Assembly: GCA_000092065.1 (NCBI GenBank)
Contig: CP000583.1
Direction: 5' to 3' (one strand)
Source: Ostreococcus lucimarinus
Taxonomy: Eukaryota
Length of the DNA: 64,000 nucleotides
Numbering within the stretch: the stretch's first letter is position 1; the number at the start of each line of letters is the position of its first letter. Below the pieces are notes generated by a model, which ran no database searches, was not told where the DNA came from, and worked only from the letters and a program-made list of their open reading frames with translations. Positions 40,596 to 50,737 of the stretch are shown here, in pieces. The position numbers and the translations under genes are program-made.

Positions 40596-41665
40596 CGCGC
40601 GCGCGAACCGTCAGCGCGCGAACGACGAAGACGATGCGCGCGCGCTCGATCGCGTCGGTGTTGGCGTCGAGGCGGCGTGTGCGCGCGCGCGCGCGCGTCG
40701 CGCGCGTTCGACGTCAAATGCTCCTCCGAGGACGGGTTTTCGTGAAAACACGCCAGAGATCTCCAGATCTTCGTTTTCACCCTCGAGCGGTTAAATACGT
40801 GACTTGATGGCGAAAAGCCGCCCGCGCCCGAGCCGTCGCGCCGGAGCTTTCTTTGGCATCGCGCGCGCCGAATCCAGGTTGCGCCCTTGGCGTGCGCGCG
40901 ACGCGCGGTGCGACACAACGTGACGTCCGCTCGAAACGAACGCGATGCAATCTTTGACGCACACCCCGCTCAGGTACGACGCACGCGCGACGACGCGCAC
41001 GCGCGACGGCGCGACCGCGACGACCGCGGAACCGCGGACGGTGTTTATCCATCCGCGCGCGGGCGCCATCGGCGATCTCGTAAAATCGCGCGACGCGCGC
41101 GCGCGACGGACGACCGAGGATACTGACAATTGAAAATTTCCTTCTCCAGATCCACGAGCTCGCCGCTCGCGACGCGCCGATCGAAGGCGTCCAGGTGCGT
41201 GACGGACGTAGAACTCGCGCGCCAGCCCGATAAGGAAGGATATCGGGGCTAGACCTCGCGCGCGCGTGCGGGCAGCGTCGAACGCGCGCGCGATGCGGAC
41301 TCGCGATGGAGCGCGGCATCGCACCGTCGGAAATGTTTGCGCCGATGGCGCGCACGCTGGGGAGCATCGCGCGATCGATGCGGGCGTCGTTTGCGTGGGA
41401 TTGGAAACCTGAACGATCGCTTCAATCGACGCTCCTGGCTGGACGCCCAAGGGCGAGTGGGACGACGAGGAGAGAAGAAACGACGACGATGCGGTCGTCT
41501 CGAGAGCGCTCGAATTCAAATGACTAACGCAATGCGCTTGTTTAATCACATCGCAGAGGTGTCGTCGCCACTGCGACGACCGAAGGTCGCAAGACGGCGC
41601 CGCTCGAAACTGGCGGCACGCTGAAGGGTGAAAAAGCGTTCGGTAAGGCTGCGGGCGCCGCGGCC

Positions 41666-42178
41666 ATGACTGGTGCGATCTTCGCCGGTGAACAGTCCCA
41701 GTGGAAGGATCCGCGTTGGAAGAACGGTAACTGGGACCTCGACATGTTCAAGAACGCAGCTGGCGAAGTTGACTGGGATGCCGTGATCGACGCAGAAGTC
41801 GTGCACCGCAAGATGTTGGAGGACAACCCGGCCGTCTATGATGAAGACGGTCTCTTCGATACCTCCATTGTGCCGTGGCAAGTGTGGATGCGCCGATTCC
41901 ATCTTCCGGAGGCGGAGAAGGCGAACGGCCGCGCCGCCATGGTTGGCTACGCGTTTGCGTACCTCATTGACGCCGCCGGCGGCGCCGGTCTCGTTGACTT
42001 GCACAACTCCTTCTTGGGCAAGACTGCCATTTTCGCTACCATCCTTTTCGTCACCCTCGTCCGATCTCTCAAGGACATTGACAACCTCAAGGATCTCGCG
42101 GCTGAAGCTACTTTCTACGATAAGCAGTGGAATGCGTCCTGGGAAGGTGTCGACCGTCCGTCTGAATCGCAGAAGTAA
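41666..42178 (+). CDS. LHC-like one-helix protein (CAB/ELIP/HLIP superfamily)
   Basis: Single chlorophyll-binding-type helix 'PEAEKANGRAAMVGYAFAYLIDAAGGAGLVD' (ExxNGR motif). Transit-like 'MTNAMRLFNHIAEVSSPLRRPKVARRRR' at 41521 lies in another frame, so a small 5' exon or frameshift is possible. Confidence 0.5.
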   Translation: MTGAIFAGEQSQWKDPRWKNGNWDLDMFKNAAGEVDWDAVIDAEVVHRKMLEDNPAVYDEDGLFDTSIVPWQVWMRRFHLPEAEKANGRAAMVGYAFAYLIDAAGGAGLVDLHNSFLGKTAIFATILFVTLVRSLKDIDNLKDLAAEATFYDKQWNASWEGVDRPSESQK

Positions 42179-42580
42179 ACGCTGAAACGCTTGGCGTGTT
42201 TTCTTTAGGATCGTAGCTGGCTTGCTGAAAGTTTATCGAGCGGAAGTATCGGTGAACTTCAAACAAACATTTTATACAACACATTAATTTGTTACAAACT
42301 CTTCGCATGCGTCATTTGCGTCGTAGGTGACCCCACCGCCGTCTTTGCCCTTTGAGGTGTGCTCCCCAGAAACCACAAAACGTGGCGCTTTGGCTCTGAA
42401 GCACCGCGCGAACCGACCCGGTCGTCGTGCGCGAACGATGACTTACTCACACATACCTTTCGCGCACTGATGCAAGCGCACTTTCCCTCAATCACGAGCG
42501 AGCACCGGCCAACTGCTGTTCGGATTGGGCGCACAAAACACAAGGCGGCACGAAGGCAATCGTCGAGGTTCGTACCGACA

Positions 42581-44314
42581 ATGGCACTCGACTCGACGAT
42601 AGATCCTATCTCGTTCGCCCCCGATGAAGCTTTGACGAAACTGTCCAACTTAATGACCCAAGGAGTGAAATACCCGCAACTGAGAGCGGTGGTCGTGAGC
42701 TGGCTCGCCGAGGTGCGCGAACCATCGACTCTCGTTGCGGCGTGCATCGACGTCATCTTCACCACCCTGCGCGATCAGTACGAGATCGGACGCGAAGAAG
42801 ACGATGATGGCGAGTTACTGATTTGCATGTACTTGTTGTTGGAGTGCCTCGGTAGAACTCCCGGAACGCGGGAAGGGCGAGAACGGAGACGCTTTACCAG
42901 CACCGTCACGAGAGGCGTAGTTTTGTGTGATCGAAGTCGCGCACACGTAGGTAAATTGGTACATTCAGCGATGACCACGACAAATGATGTCATACCAAGC
43001 CGTGCGATCGTTCGCTTGATCGAAACATTTGGGCTTGAGTTTGAGGATTTGAACTTTACGAGCTGCGCAGCTGCTGCCGAAGGCGTCTCAGGCTTCGTTC
43101 GACAGCTTTTAGAAGACGGCAAACAGAGCTCGGCCATGGCGCTCATTTTTCACTTCAACCTGGAAGAGTTCGCAACAAATGAAACACTGCAAGGTTTGGC
43201 GCAGTGTAATGAATTTTCACTCGCTCTTGAGTTTGTTCAACTCGAACCAACTCTGGCCAAAAATTGGATTGAGTTTTGCGTGCACCAGGGCGTCCACGAG
43301 CACCATCACGCTGCTTTGCGACAAGCACACAAAGTTGTCACGATATTTGAGATGGAAGCCGAGTTTCCGGACGTGCGCACGCAGTATTACAAGTCGACTA
43401 TTGCGAGAATGATTGCGAAAGGACAATTTGAAGTCGCGCTCAAGCGCGCAGGCGCCGAAATCAATCTTCAAGAGTTTGTTGTCGAATCTCTTGCAGCGAT
43501 CGAACAATTCGAATACGCTTTGGAGTTCGCAAATAGGTGTGGACTAGAGTTTGACTGTGATCCAGTGGAGCTGGAGAAGTTAGTCGCACGCAGGAGAGCA
43601 ACGTTTTTCCAGCTTCCAGAGCATCTCTCTCTCGACGCGAACGTCGTCTTTGTTGACGATGCAAAGAGCTTGCATTACATCTCAGAACGGTACCTCGCAA
43701 ATAAAAAAGACATTGGAATAGATACTGAATGGGGTGCTGCGGTGGGTGAAGACGCGGACAAGGAAGACACGAGTCAGGTAGCTACTCTACAACTTGCGTC
43801 AGAAGACGGCGTAGCAATTTTAGACTTGCCAGTTCTAGTTCAGAGCTGTCCCGAGGCGTTAGAGGCAACGATCGGGCGAATGTTTCAGGACGATAAGGTG
43901 TTAAAATTAGGGTTCGCAGTTCAAGAAGACTTGCGACGCTTGGCAAAATGTCACCCTGCGTCTTTCGGCAACGTACGCAATGTGGCCGACTTGCAATCGT
44001 TGTGGAAATTAGCTGTGTCAAAGGCGCGAATGACGAAAGAGACTCGTGATTTTCCATGGGCAACCGACGAAGAACTGTCACGATATCAACCCGTTGGCTT
44101 ATCGACTATGGTCGCTGCCGTACTCGGGAAACCGTTGGACAAGACGATGCGGATGTCTGATTGGTCGAAACGTCCGCTGACCGCACAACAGCGAGTGTAT
44201 GCGGCACTCGACGCGTGGACTCTGGTCGAATCGCATCGTTCGCTCCTCGCATCTCACGCCGATCGATACATCGCACTAGTCGATCAAGTGAACAAATCAT
44301 ATGAGTTCAAATAG
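42581..44314 (+). CDS. 3'-5' exonuclease domain protein (DEDDy, Mut-7/EXD3/WRN-exo-like) with long helical N-terminal region
   Basis: 'DIGIDTEW' (exo I), 'KVLKLGFAVQEDLRRL' (exo II), 'RVYAALDAWTLVE' (exo III with Tyr/Asp). Confidence 0.7.
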   Translation: MALDSTIDPISFAPDEALTKLSNLMTQGVKYPQLRAVVVSWLAEVREPSTLVAACIDVIFTTLRDQYEIGREEDDDGELLICMYLLLECLGRTPGTREGRERRRFTSTVTRGVVLCDRSRAHVGKLVHSAMTTTNDVIPSRAIVRLIETFGLEFEDLNFTSCAAAAEGVSGFVRQLLEDGKQSSAMALIFHFNLEEFATNETLQGLAQCNEFSLALEFVQLEPTLAKNWIEFCVHQGVHEHHHAALRQAHKVVTIFEMEAEFPDVRTQYYKSTIARMIAKGQFEVALKRAGAEINLQEFVVESLAAIEQFEYALEFANRCGLEFDCDPVELEKLVARRRATFFQLPEHLSLDANVVFVDDAKSLHYISERYLANKKDIGIDTEWGAAVGEDADKEDTSQVATLQLASEDGVAILDLPVLVQSCPEALEATIGRMFQDDKVLKLGFAVQEDLRRLAKCHPASFGNVRNVADLQSLWKLAVSKARMTKETRDFPWATDEELSRYQPVGLSTMVAAVLGKPLDKTMRMSDWSKRPLTAQQRVYAALDAWTLVESHRSLLASHADRYIALVDQVNKSYEFK

Positions 44315-44329
44315 CGCATAATCCCATGG

Positions 44330-46600
44330 TTGTTGTATCAAATGTATCAAATAAGCATCCCGCCGGCTTCAATGCTGTGTTCAGTAAGAACGCACGTCGT
44401 TGCACGTCCGCACTCGTGCGCTCGCGCTCGAGTCCCCATGGCGGTCGAAAGCCAGATGAATGCGCTGCAAATAAACCCGGGTAAAATATTGATCGACGAC
44501 ACCTTCGTTCGCGACACCTCGCGCGCGGTTTCGACGTATTGGTTCCCCAATCGAGCGCAAACGCTGGAGGCGGCGTATAAAAAAAAGTGGTTCGCCACGG
44601 ACGATACCGTGACTATCGTGGACGAAGAGATACGCACAAGGTTCGCCGATATCATCCATGCCTTAGAACTCGCGGTTGATGGCGACGATATCGATCGAAC
44701 GCGTGTTTTGGGCGCGCACGCTCGGTGGTTGCAAGCGCCGGCGACGACGGCTGCACTCGTGGTGCTGTTGGACCAGTTCAGTCGCCACGTGTATAGGAAC
44801 AGAGACGATCGAGACGCGAAAGTCAAGGTAAACGATACCGTAGCTACGATAATTGCCGAAGACTTGCTCGATAACAAGCGCGAATGGTTGGTCGAGCTTA
44901 CAGTACCCGAGCAGGTGTTTGTGCTCATGCCATTTCGTCACACCCAAAAGAGTTGTCCTCGCCTGTTGCGATGCTTGGACACGATCGACGCCCATGTAGC
45001 GATGGAGAGTGAGAACAAGGCGTTGTTGGAACGGTTTCGTAAAACCACGCTGCGTTGTTACCAGGATTTACAAGGTAAGCAGCACAAGGCTGGTGATAAT
45101 ATTTTAGAACGAGAAGAGTTCACGCCGACGGAGGGTGTCATGACGGCGATGGCCTCGCACACACTGTACAAAACCATAGAAGCGTTTATGCGCGATAGAA
45201 TGAGTGAATTTGGGAACTCAATAGCCGTTTCGCTGAGTGGAGGCGTGGACTCCATGGTCCTGGCGTATATTCTCAAGCATCAAGGGTACGACGTCGTGAC
45301 GCTTCACATCGATTACAAGAACAGGCCAGAGAGCACGGAGGAGGCTGACTTCGTCGATGATTGGAGCCTGAGACATGGCATGAAATTCGAGAGATGTACA
45401 GTGGATCAAATTAGACGCGGAGTCACGCCGAGAGAGCAATACGAGATCGAGTCGCGGAGAATACGATACGGTTTCTACAAGGAAGCCGGGGCAAAGCATG
45501 GCTTTCCCGCCGTATTGCTTGGACATCACCACGGAGACGTGCAGGAAAATATAATCACCAACTTGATGCGTGGAGCGAATTTATTATCAGTAAATGGGAT
45601 GAGTGACGAAGGTGTAGTGGAAGGTGTTCGCATTTGGCGTCCGATGCTCTCCCATGTGAAGGATGACGTTCTGACTTTTGCGCACGCTTATGGCATTCCG
45701 TATTTCCTAGACTCGACGCCGACTTGGAGTACGCGAGGAAAGCTCCGAAATCAGCTCGTACCTTTGCTTGAAGACATGTTTGGGATTGGTTTATTGAGGA
45801 ACCTCAGCGTTATTGGTGAGAATAGCGAGCAGCTTTCTGAAATGGTCGATAAATCTCTCTTCAAACCTTTTTGGGACGCTACAAAGTCGAGCGACGTGGG
45901 CTGTTACGTTGATTGCGAACCATTCATTTCCCAGCCTATATTCTTCTGGAAACAAGTTATTCGCGAAACATGTCATGGTCTCGGAGCGAGTATGATGAAA
46001 GATCGCTCTGTACGCTTGCTATTGGCCCGAATCAAGAGAGAAAGATCGACAAAAGATGGTTGGTTGTGTTTAAAGAAGGAGAACGCGACTTTCATGCACG
46101 GCAATACGTTTGGTATGTTTACAACAGAGTTTATGCCTAGGTCTGATACCATCGTGCCTGGAACGCCCATAGTCGTGAGCTCCAGTGGAGCATCTTTCGA
46201 TATCGGAAATTGGCATATCGACCTCGAAGTGGTGTCGAACGTGAGCGTCGACGGGAATCAGTGCCCTTTGGAGGGCCCCGCAATAACTGTGTGGAACGTG
46301 CTCGAGAACGATATTTCCTACCACATTCCGTACAAGGACGGAACCAATTCATACGTCATAGATCCAGAGATTAGATTTCCCCCGACACAGAACCTGGATA
46401 CCGCGGTACGGGACGCGCTCCCGCTTGTCGTCCCCTCGGCGCTGAGTTTCGCCCACCTGCCTAAGGAAGACAGACCACCTCGCAAGGCGAACCGTTGGGA
46501 CCGAGCGATGATGGAGCTCCCGACGTGCGTTAAAGTGACGCTTAAGTTTAGGAGAACGAAGCTCTACGTCGTCTCAAATGACGACGACGACGCGTCCTGA
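44330..46600 (+). CDS. tilS: fusion protein: DUF924 domain + tRNA(Ile)-lysidine synthetase (TilS, PP-loop ATPase)
   Basis: DUF924 'WFPNRAQTLEAAYKKKWFATDD', 'LQAPATTAALVVLLDQFSRHVYRN'. TilS 'IAVSLSGGVDSMVLAYIL' (SGGxDS), 'HIDYKNRPESTEEADFV', 'LLGHHHGDVQENIITNLMRG', 'RIWRPMLSHVKDDVLTFAHAYGIPYFLDSTP'. N-terminal 40 aa may be a presequence. Confidence 0.75.
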   Translation: MLYQMYQISIPPASMLCSVRTHVVARPHSCARARVPMAVESQMNALQINPGKILIDDTFVRDTSRAVSTYWFPNRAQTLEAAYKKKWFATDDTVTIVDEEIRTRFADIIHALELAVDGDDIDRTRVLGAHARWLQAPATTAALVVLLDQFSRHVYRNRDDRDAKVKVNDTVATIIAEDLLDNKREWLVELTVPEQVFVLMPFRHTQKSCPRLLRCLDTIDAHVAMESENKALLERFRKTTLRCYQDLQGKQHKAGDNILEREEFTPTEGVMTAMASHTLYKTIEAFMRDRMSEFGNSIAVSLSGGVDSMVLAYILKHQGYDVVTLHIDYKNRPESTEEADFVDDWSLRHGMKFERCTVDQIRRGVTPREQYEIESRRIRYGFYKEAGAKHGFPAVLLGHHHGDVQENIITNLMRGANLLSVNGMSDEGVVEGVRIWRPMLSHVKDDVLTFAHAYGIPYFLDSTPTWSTRGKLRNQLVPLLEDMFGIGLLRNLSVIGENSEQLSEMVDKSLFKPFWDATKSSDVGCYVDCEPFISQPIFFWKQVIRETCHGLGASMMKDRSVRLLLARIKRERSTKDGWLCLKKENATFMHGNTFGMFTTEFMPRSDTIVPGTPIVVSSSGASFDIGNWHIDLEVVSNVSVDGNQCPLEGPAITVWNVLENDISYHIPYKDGTNSYVIDPEIRFPPTQNLDTAVRDALPLVVPSALSFAHLPKEDRPPRKANRWDRAMMELPTCVKVTLKFRRTKLYVVSNDDDDAS

Positions 46601-46637
46601 AATAGTCATAGTCGTCCCGTCCCCTCGTCGGCGTCGC

Positions 46638-46904
46638 TCAGTCCCCCGTATGCGGTCCTTTTAAAGAAACTTGCCATTGATTCGACTTCGAGTCCATGTT
46701 CGAGAATGCATTCAGGCGATCTAAACCGTCTCGCGCCATCGCTACCGCCTTCTCGATCTCCTTGGCGTCCGTCAGTTCGCGCTTTTGCCTAAACTCAACC
46801 TTGATTTCCTCCACGATGGCCATCTTGTTCTTGCTCGGAAACTTTGTCGCGGATTTCAACACCGCGCGGTACAATCGTACGGTGTCCATCGCGCGCGCAC
46901 CCAT
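46638..46904 (-). CDS. LYR-motif (Complex1_LYR) protein, LYRM4/ISD11-like
   Basis: 'VRLYRAVLKSATKFPSKNKMAIVEEIKVEFRQKRELTD'. Confidence 0.55.
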   Translation of the reverse strand: MGARAMDTVRLYRAVLKSATKFPSKNKMAIVEEIKVEFRQKRELTDAKEIEKAVAMARDGLDRLNAFSNMDSKSNQWQVSLKGPHTGD

Positions 46905-46998
46905 GCACGTTCCGCGTCGCTCGTCGCGCTACGCGGTATGCGTCGAATCGCGTCGCGTTGTGTGTTCGTCACTCTCGCGCGCGCCTCGTCGTCTCCCG

Positions 46999-48654
46999 AT
47001 GGCGTCGCGCGCGCTCGCGATCGGTGCGACGGCCACGACGGCGGCGTTTACGGCGTACGTCGCGAGTGAAGAAGGCGCGCAGCGCTCGTGCGTGTTCTGG
47101 GCCAACGCGTTTCCCGTGTACGCGCGCTATCGCGCGGTGCAAGCGCGACATCGCGACTTCGCTCGCGCGGGCGTCCCGCGCTGGACCGGGATGGTGCTGA
47201 GCGATGACGAGGCGAACGAGGCGTACGAAGCGCTGCACGATCAATACGCGACGCCAGTGCGAGATTTAGTGTACGCGATGCGGGGATTTTATCTGAAAAA
47301 CGCGCAGTTGCTGTCGACGCGGGACGACTTTGTGCCGCGGCAGTACTTGACGTGGTGCAAGGACACGCAGGATAGCGCACCCGTGGAGATGAAACCGGGC
47401 GAGGCGAGGGCGATCGCAATAAGAGAACTGGAGAAAAATGGACACACGGACGTGTTCGAGGCGTGGGACGAAACTCCGCTCGGAGTGGCGAGTATCGGAC
47501 AGGCGCACAGGGCAAAGCTGACGAAAAAGTACGGCGGCAGAACCGTCGTCGTCAAGGTGCAGGCGCCCGGAATCGAGCGACGATTTCGAGCGGACATTCG
47601 TACATGCATTGACTTTTGTAAGCTCGCCATGCCGCAACACGTGCCACCACTGGAAGAAATAGAGAGGCAGTTTTTGACTGAATTCGACTATCGCGCCGAG
47701 GCGGAAAATCTCGACGAAGTCAGATCTGCGGTGATGCCGCGGTGGGGGAACAAGGTGTACATTCCGGCGCCTCACAAGGAACTGTGCACAAAGGAGGTGT
47801 TAGTGATGGATGAAGTTCCTGGGAAGCGATTAGTAGACGGTATTCGCGATCAGTTTGACGCCATTGCTCGGTACAGGGGCACCAGTGTGAGTAGTCTGGA
47901 GGAAAATGAGCGTAGAAAGATTGAGAGCGGGAGGTTGCGAAGTCGAGACGCGAAACAAGCGGCGAAACACACAGAAAGAGTAAATACTTTCATGAAACTT
48001 CAGCATCACTTACTGATGCCTCTGAAGCTCGCGTACAACGTGTCGCCTCTTCGGTTGGTGACCGGTCCCGTGAATCGACAACCGCCGCCGAAGCTCGTGA
48101 ACCTGGGAGCGCTCCTTCAAACCTTGGTCGACGTGCACGCGTATGAGATTTTCGAGACAGGAGTGTTCAATGGCGATCCACATCCGGGAAACATCATGCT
48201 GATGCCTGACGGTAGGCTCGGACTGATTGATTACGGGCAGGTGAAACGCATAGACTCTGATGCGCAGCGGGCGTACGCCAAACTCATCTTAGCTGTAGCC
48301 AAAGGCGACGCTGAAGAATGCCACAGGTTGGTGCAGTCTAATAAACCAGAAGGTTTCGGAGCCCGAAGTAAGAATTCAGATGCAGAGGTCAGTTTTAAGT
48401 TGGCGACGTTTTGGAACGATCGAGACACGCCCGACGTTACCGAGGGACTCAACTTGCAAGAGTTTTTGGACGAAATGCAAGCGCGTGATCCGGTCATCAA
48501 GGCTCCCGATGAGATGGTCATGATTGCACGCGTTTCGGTACTTCTACGAGGTATGGGCAACGCGTTCAACATTAGGCTTAGAATGGCCGAGGCGTGGAGA
48601 GCAGATGCGGAGAAGCTCTTGGCGCGCACGGACCCAGATTACTTTCTGTTGTGA
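46999..48654 (+). CDS. ABC1/UbiB atypical kinase (ADCK family), mitochondrial-type
   Basis: 'PLGVASIGQAHRAKLTKKYGGRTVVVKVQAPGIE', 'VLVMDEVPG', 'VFNGDPHPGNIMLMPDGRLGLIDYGQV'. Start at the first Met after Arg-rich read-through. Confidence 0.85.
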   Translation: MASRALAIGATATTAAFTAYVASEEGAQRSCVFWANAFPVYARYRAVQARHRDFARAGVPRWTGMVLSDDEANEAYEALHDQYATPVRDLVYAMRGFYLKNAQLLSTRDDFVPRQYLTWCKDTQDSAPVEMKPGEARAIAIRELEKNGHTDVFEAWDETPLGVASIGQAHRAKLTKKYGGRTVVVKVQAPGIERRFRADIRTCIDFCKLAMPQHVPPLEEIERQFLTEFDYRAEAENLDEVRSAVMPRWGNKVYIPAPHKELCTKEVLVMDEVPGKRLVDGIRDQFDAIARYRGTSVSSLEENERRKIESGRLRSRDAKQAAKHTERVNTFMKLQHHLLMPLKLAYNVSPLRLVTGPVNRQPPPKLVNLGALLQTLVDVHAYEIFETGVFNGDPHPGNIMLMPDGRLGLIDYGQVKRIDSDAQRAYAKLILAVAKGDAEECHRLVQSNKPEGFGARSKNSDAEVSFKLATFWNDRDTPDVTEGLNLQEFLDEMQARDPVIKAPDEMVMIARVSVLLRGMGNAFNIRLRMAEAWRADAEKLLARTDPDYFLL

Positions 48655-48743
48655 CAGAGGTTTGTTTTAGCGACCGGTACTTAGTGATATAATGTCGAAT
48701 AATGAGATATTGTACTAGAAATGATACGATATATGGTGTGTGT

Positions 48744-50300
48744 CTATTTCCCCTCGTCGTTGAAGGTGACGCAAACTTCGACGCTTTGTTCGTTTTCGTT
48801 CGCGACGAGAGAAACCGAAAGGCCTCGCGTGGCCTTCTTACCGCCCTTCTTCTTGCCCTTGCCGCCGCTCTTCTTACCATCAGCTTTTTGACTCTTCTCT
48901 TTGCCCTTCTCCGCTTTTTCCTCCTTTTCTTTCTCATCTTCATCCTCCAAGCCGGCGGCGATTCTCTCCTTCTTGATCTTGCGCCGTTCCAAAAACTCTT
49001 CCTTCTTCGCCTTGATGACGTCCAACGAGGCGGGCACGTCGGACACCTTGGCGACGACGGCGATTTTTACTTTTGAGAAGAAGGTGAGAGTATCGAGAGA
49101 GTGCTGAATACGTTCGTTACCGCTCGGCGCACTCTTCCCGTTGCTCTTCTTACTCTTCTTCTTGTATGCGGTGCTGACGGCGAACATGTCATCTTCGTCG
49201 TCTTCGTTGCGTCGACTCAACTGAGTGGTTTTGACGGCGGATACATCGACTTTCTTGGTATCCCACTTTGCCAAATAAGCCAGCAAAGCATCACATGCCG
49301 ACACTTCGTCCTCGAATGGTTCTGGAGCGTTCTCCTTTTCCCACTGCTTGCGCTCCTCGTCGCGCGCCTTGCGCTCCTCTTGCGAAGCCTCCCACTGCGC
49401 CTGCTTGATTTCCTTTTGCTGCGCGCGGAACAGCTTCTCACGAGCCCAATAATTGTCCTCAATCTTCTTTTGATTCGCTCGAAGCCGGTTGATTTCCTCT
49501 CTCTTCGCTTTGATCACCTCGTACGCCGCGTTCTTCTCTTCGATGAGCTTGGGCACGTCGGCGTTGGCGGTGTCGTCTTTGCTCTTCACCTCGTTCAATT
49601 GCGCGCGAATTTTAGCTTGTTCAGCTTTGATGCTATTGATTTCCGCGTCCTTCGCTTTGATGCGATCCATGCACGCTTTTCTCCTCGCGTCGTGCGCGGT
49701 GATCAGGGCTTGCTTCTCCGCGTACTCGCGCACGAGGTCTCTACTCTTGTTCAAGCTCTTGATTTGGTCGACCAACTTCTTCTCTTGCGCCAGTGGCATG
49801 GTTTCGTGCGCCAGCTTCCCATCGATTCTCGCGATCTCTTGATCAATCGATTCATTGGTGAGGAATTTCGATTGCGCCCGCATGGCGTTCGCCTCCTCGC
49901 GAACCCGATCGCGTCGCTCGTCGTTCGCCGCGAGCTCGGCGCGAACCTCGTCCCGCTGCGCGATCTTTTCGTTAGCAATCGCGTTCAGCGCCTTGACCTT
50001 TTCCAGCAACGGCGCGTTCGTGGTCGAGCTCGTCGTGCGTCTTTCACGCGCCGCGTTCACCAACGCCTTAATCTCCACGATGCGAGCCTGTTTCTCGTCC
50101 GTAATCGCCACGAGTGCCGCGATCTCGGCGTCGTGCGCCTCGCGGTCTGGACGTGGCAATCGCTCTATGCGTTTCGGCTTTACGACACCATCGACGGTCT
50201 TCAGCACGCTCTCGGGCGAGCCTTGTTCCTCATCACACTTCGTCGTCGTCGTCGTCGTCGTCGTCTCGGGCGCCTTCGCGGACGCGGTGTCGGCCGTCAT
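48744..50300 (-). CDS. Lys/Glu-rich coiled-coil protein; tentative similarity to the plant proton-pump-interactor (PPI) family
   Basis: 'EANAMRAQSKFLTNESIDQEIARIDGKLAHETMPLAQEKKLVDQIKSLNKSRDL' heptad-rich. (TCG)n encodes a Thr8 run. Basic K/G-rich C-terminus. The family call is from memory only. Confidence 0.35.
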   Translation of the reverse strand: MTADTASAKAPETTTTTTTTKCDEEQGSPESVLKTVDGVVKPKRIERLPRPDREAHDAEIAALVAITDEKQARIVEIKALVNAARERRTTSSTTNAPLLEKVKALNAIANEKIAQRDEVRAELAANDERRDRVREEANAMRAQSKFLTNESIDQEIARIDGKLAHETMPLAQEKKLVDQIKSLNKSRDLVREYAEKQALITAHDARRKACMDRIKAKDAEINSIKAEQAKIRAQLNEVKSKDDTANADVPKLIEEKNAAYEVIKAKREEINRLRANQKKIEDNYWAREKLFRAQQKEIKQAQWEASQEERKARDEERKQWEKENAPEPFEDEVSACDALLAYLAKWDTKKVDVSAVKTTQLSRRNEDDEDDMFAVSTAYKKKSKKSNGKSAPSGNERIQHSLDTLTFFSKVKIAVVAKVSDVPASLDVIKAKKEEFLERRKIKKERIAAGLEDEDEKEKEEKAEKGKEKSQKADGKKSGGKGKKKGGKKATRGLSVSLVANENEQSVEVCVTFNDEGK

Positions 50301-50737
50301 CGCGCGAAGCGTGCGCCGATCTGTCGCGACTTCTGGCGTTCTGTCGAAAACGTCCCGTCGCGGCAAAAGCTGGACGATCGGGCATGTGAAGTAGTGAGGT
50401 GATATAAATAAAAACACTGAAAATGATCGATAAAAAAGAATGTTGTACTTGGGGATGGCCGAGAATCTATGACGTGACAGTGACGACCGGTCAGTTGTCC
50501 GAACTTCCTGCTCGTTCCCGCGCCGCGCGAGCACACGCGAGTCGCACACTCACCGAACTCGGGACCTCCTCGACGTCTGCGGACGTGTCGTGTTTTGATG
50601 TCGTATCGCATCGTTTCGCGACTCGTTCGGTGGGCCCAAACGAGGAATCATACCACTAGACCACCATCCCGTAAAGAACGACCGTTAAGCCTATCAGTTG
50701 AGGATATAGAAATATTGGAAACACATTTGCATGGCGA

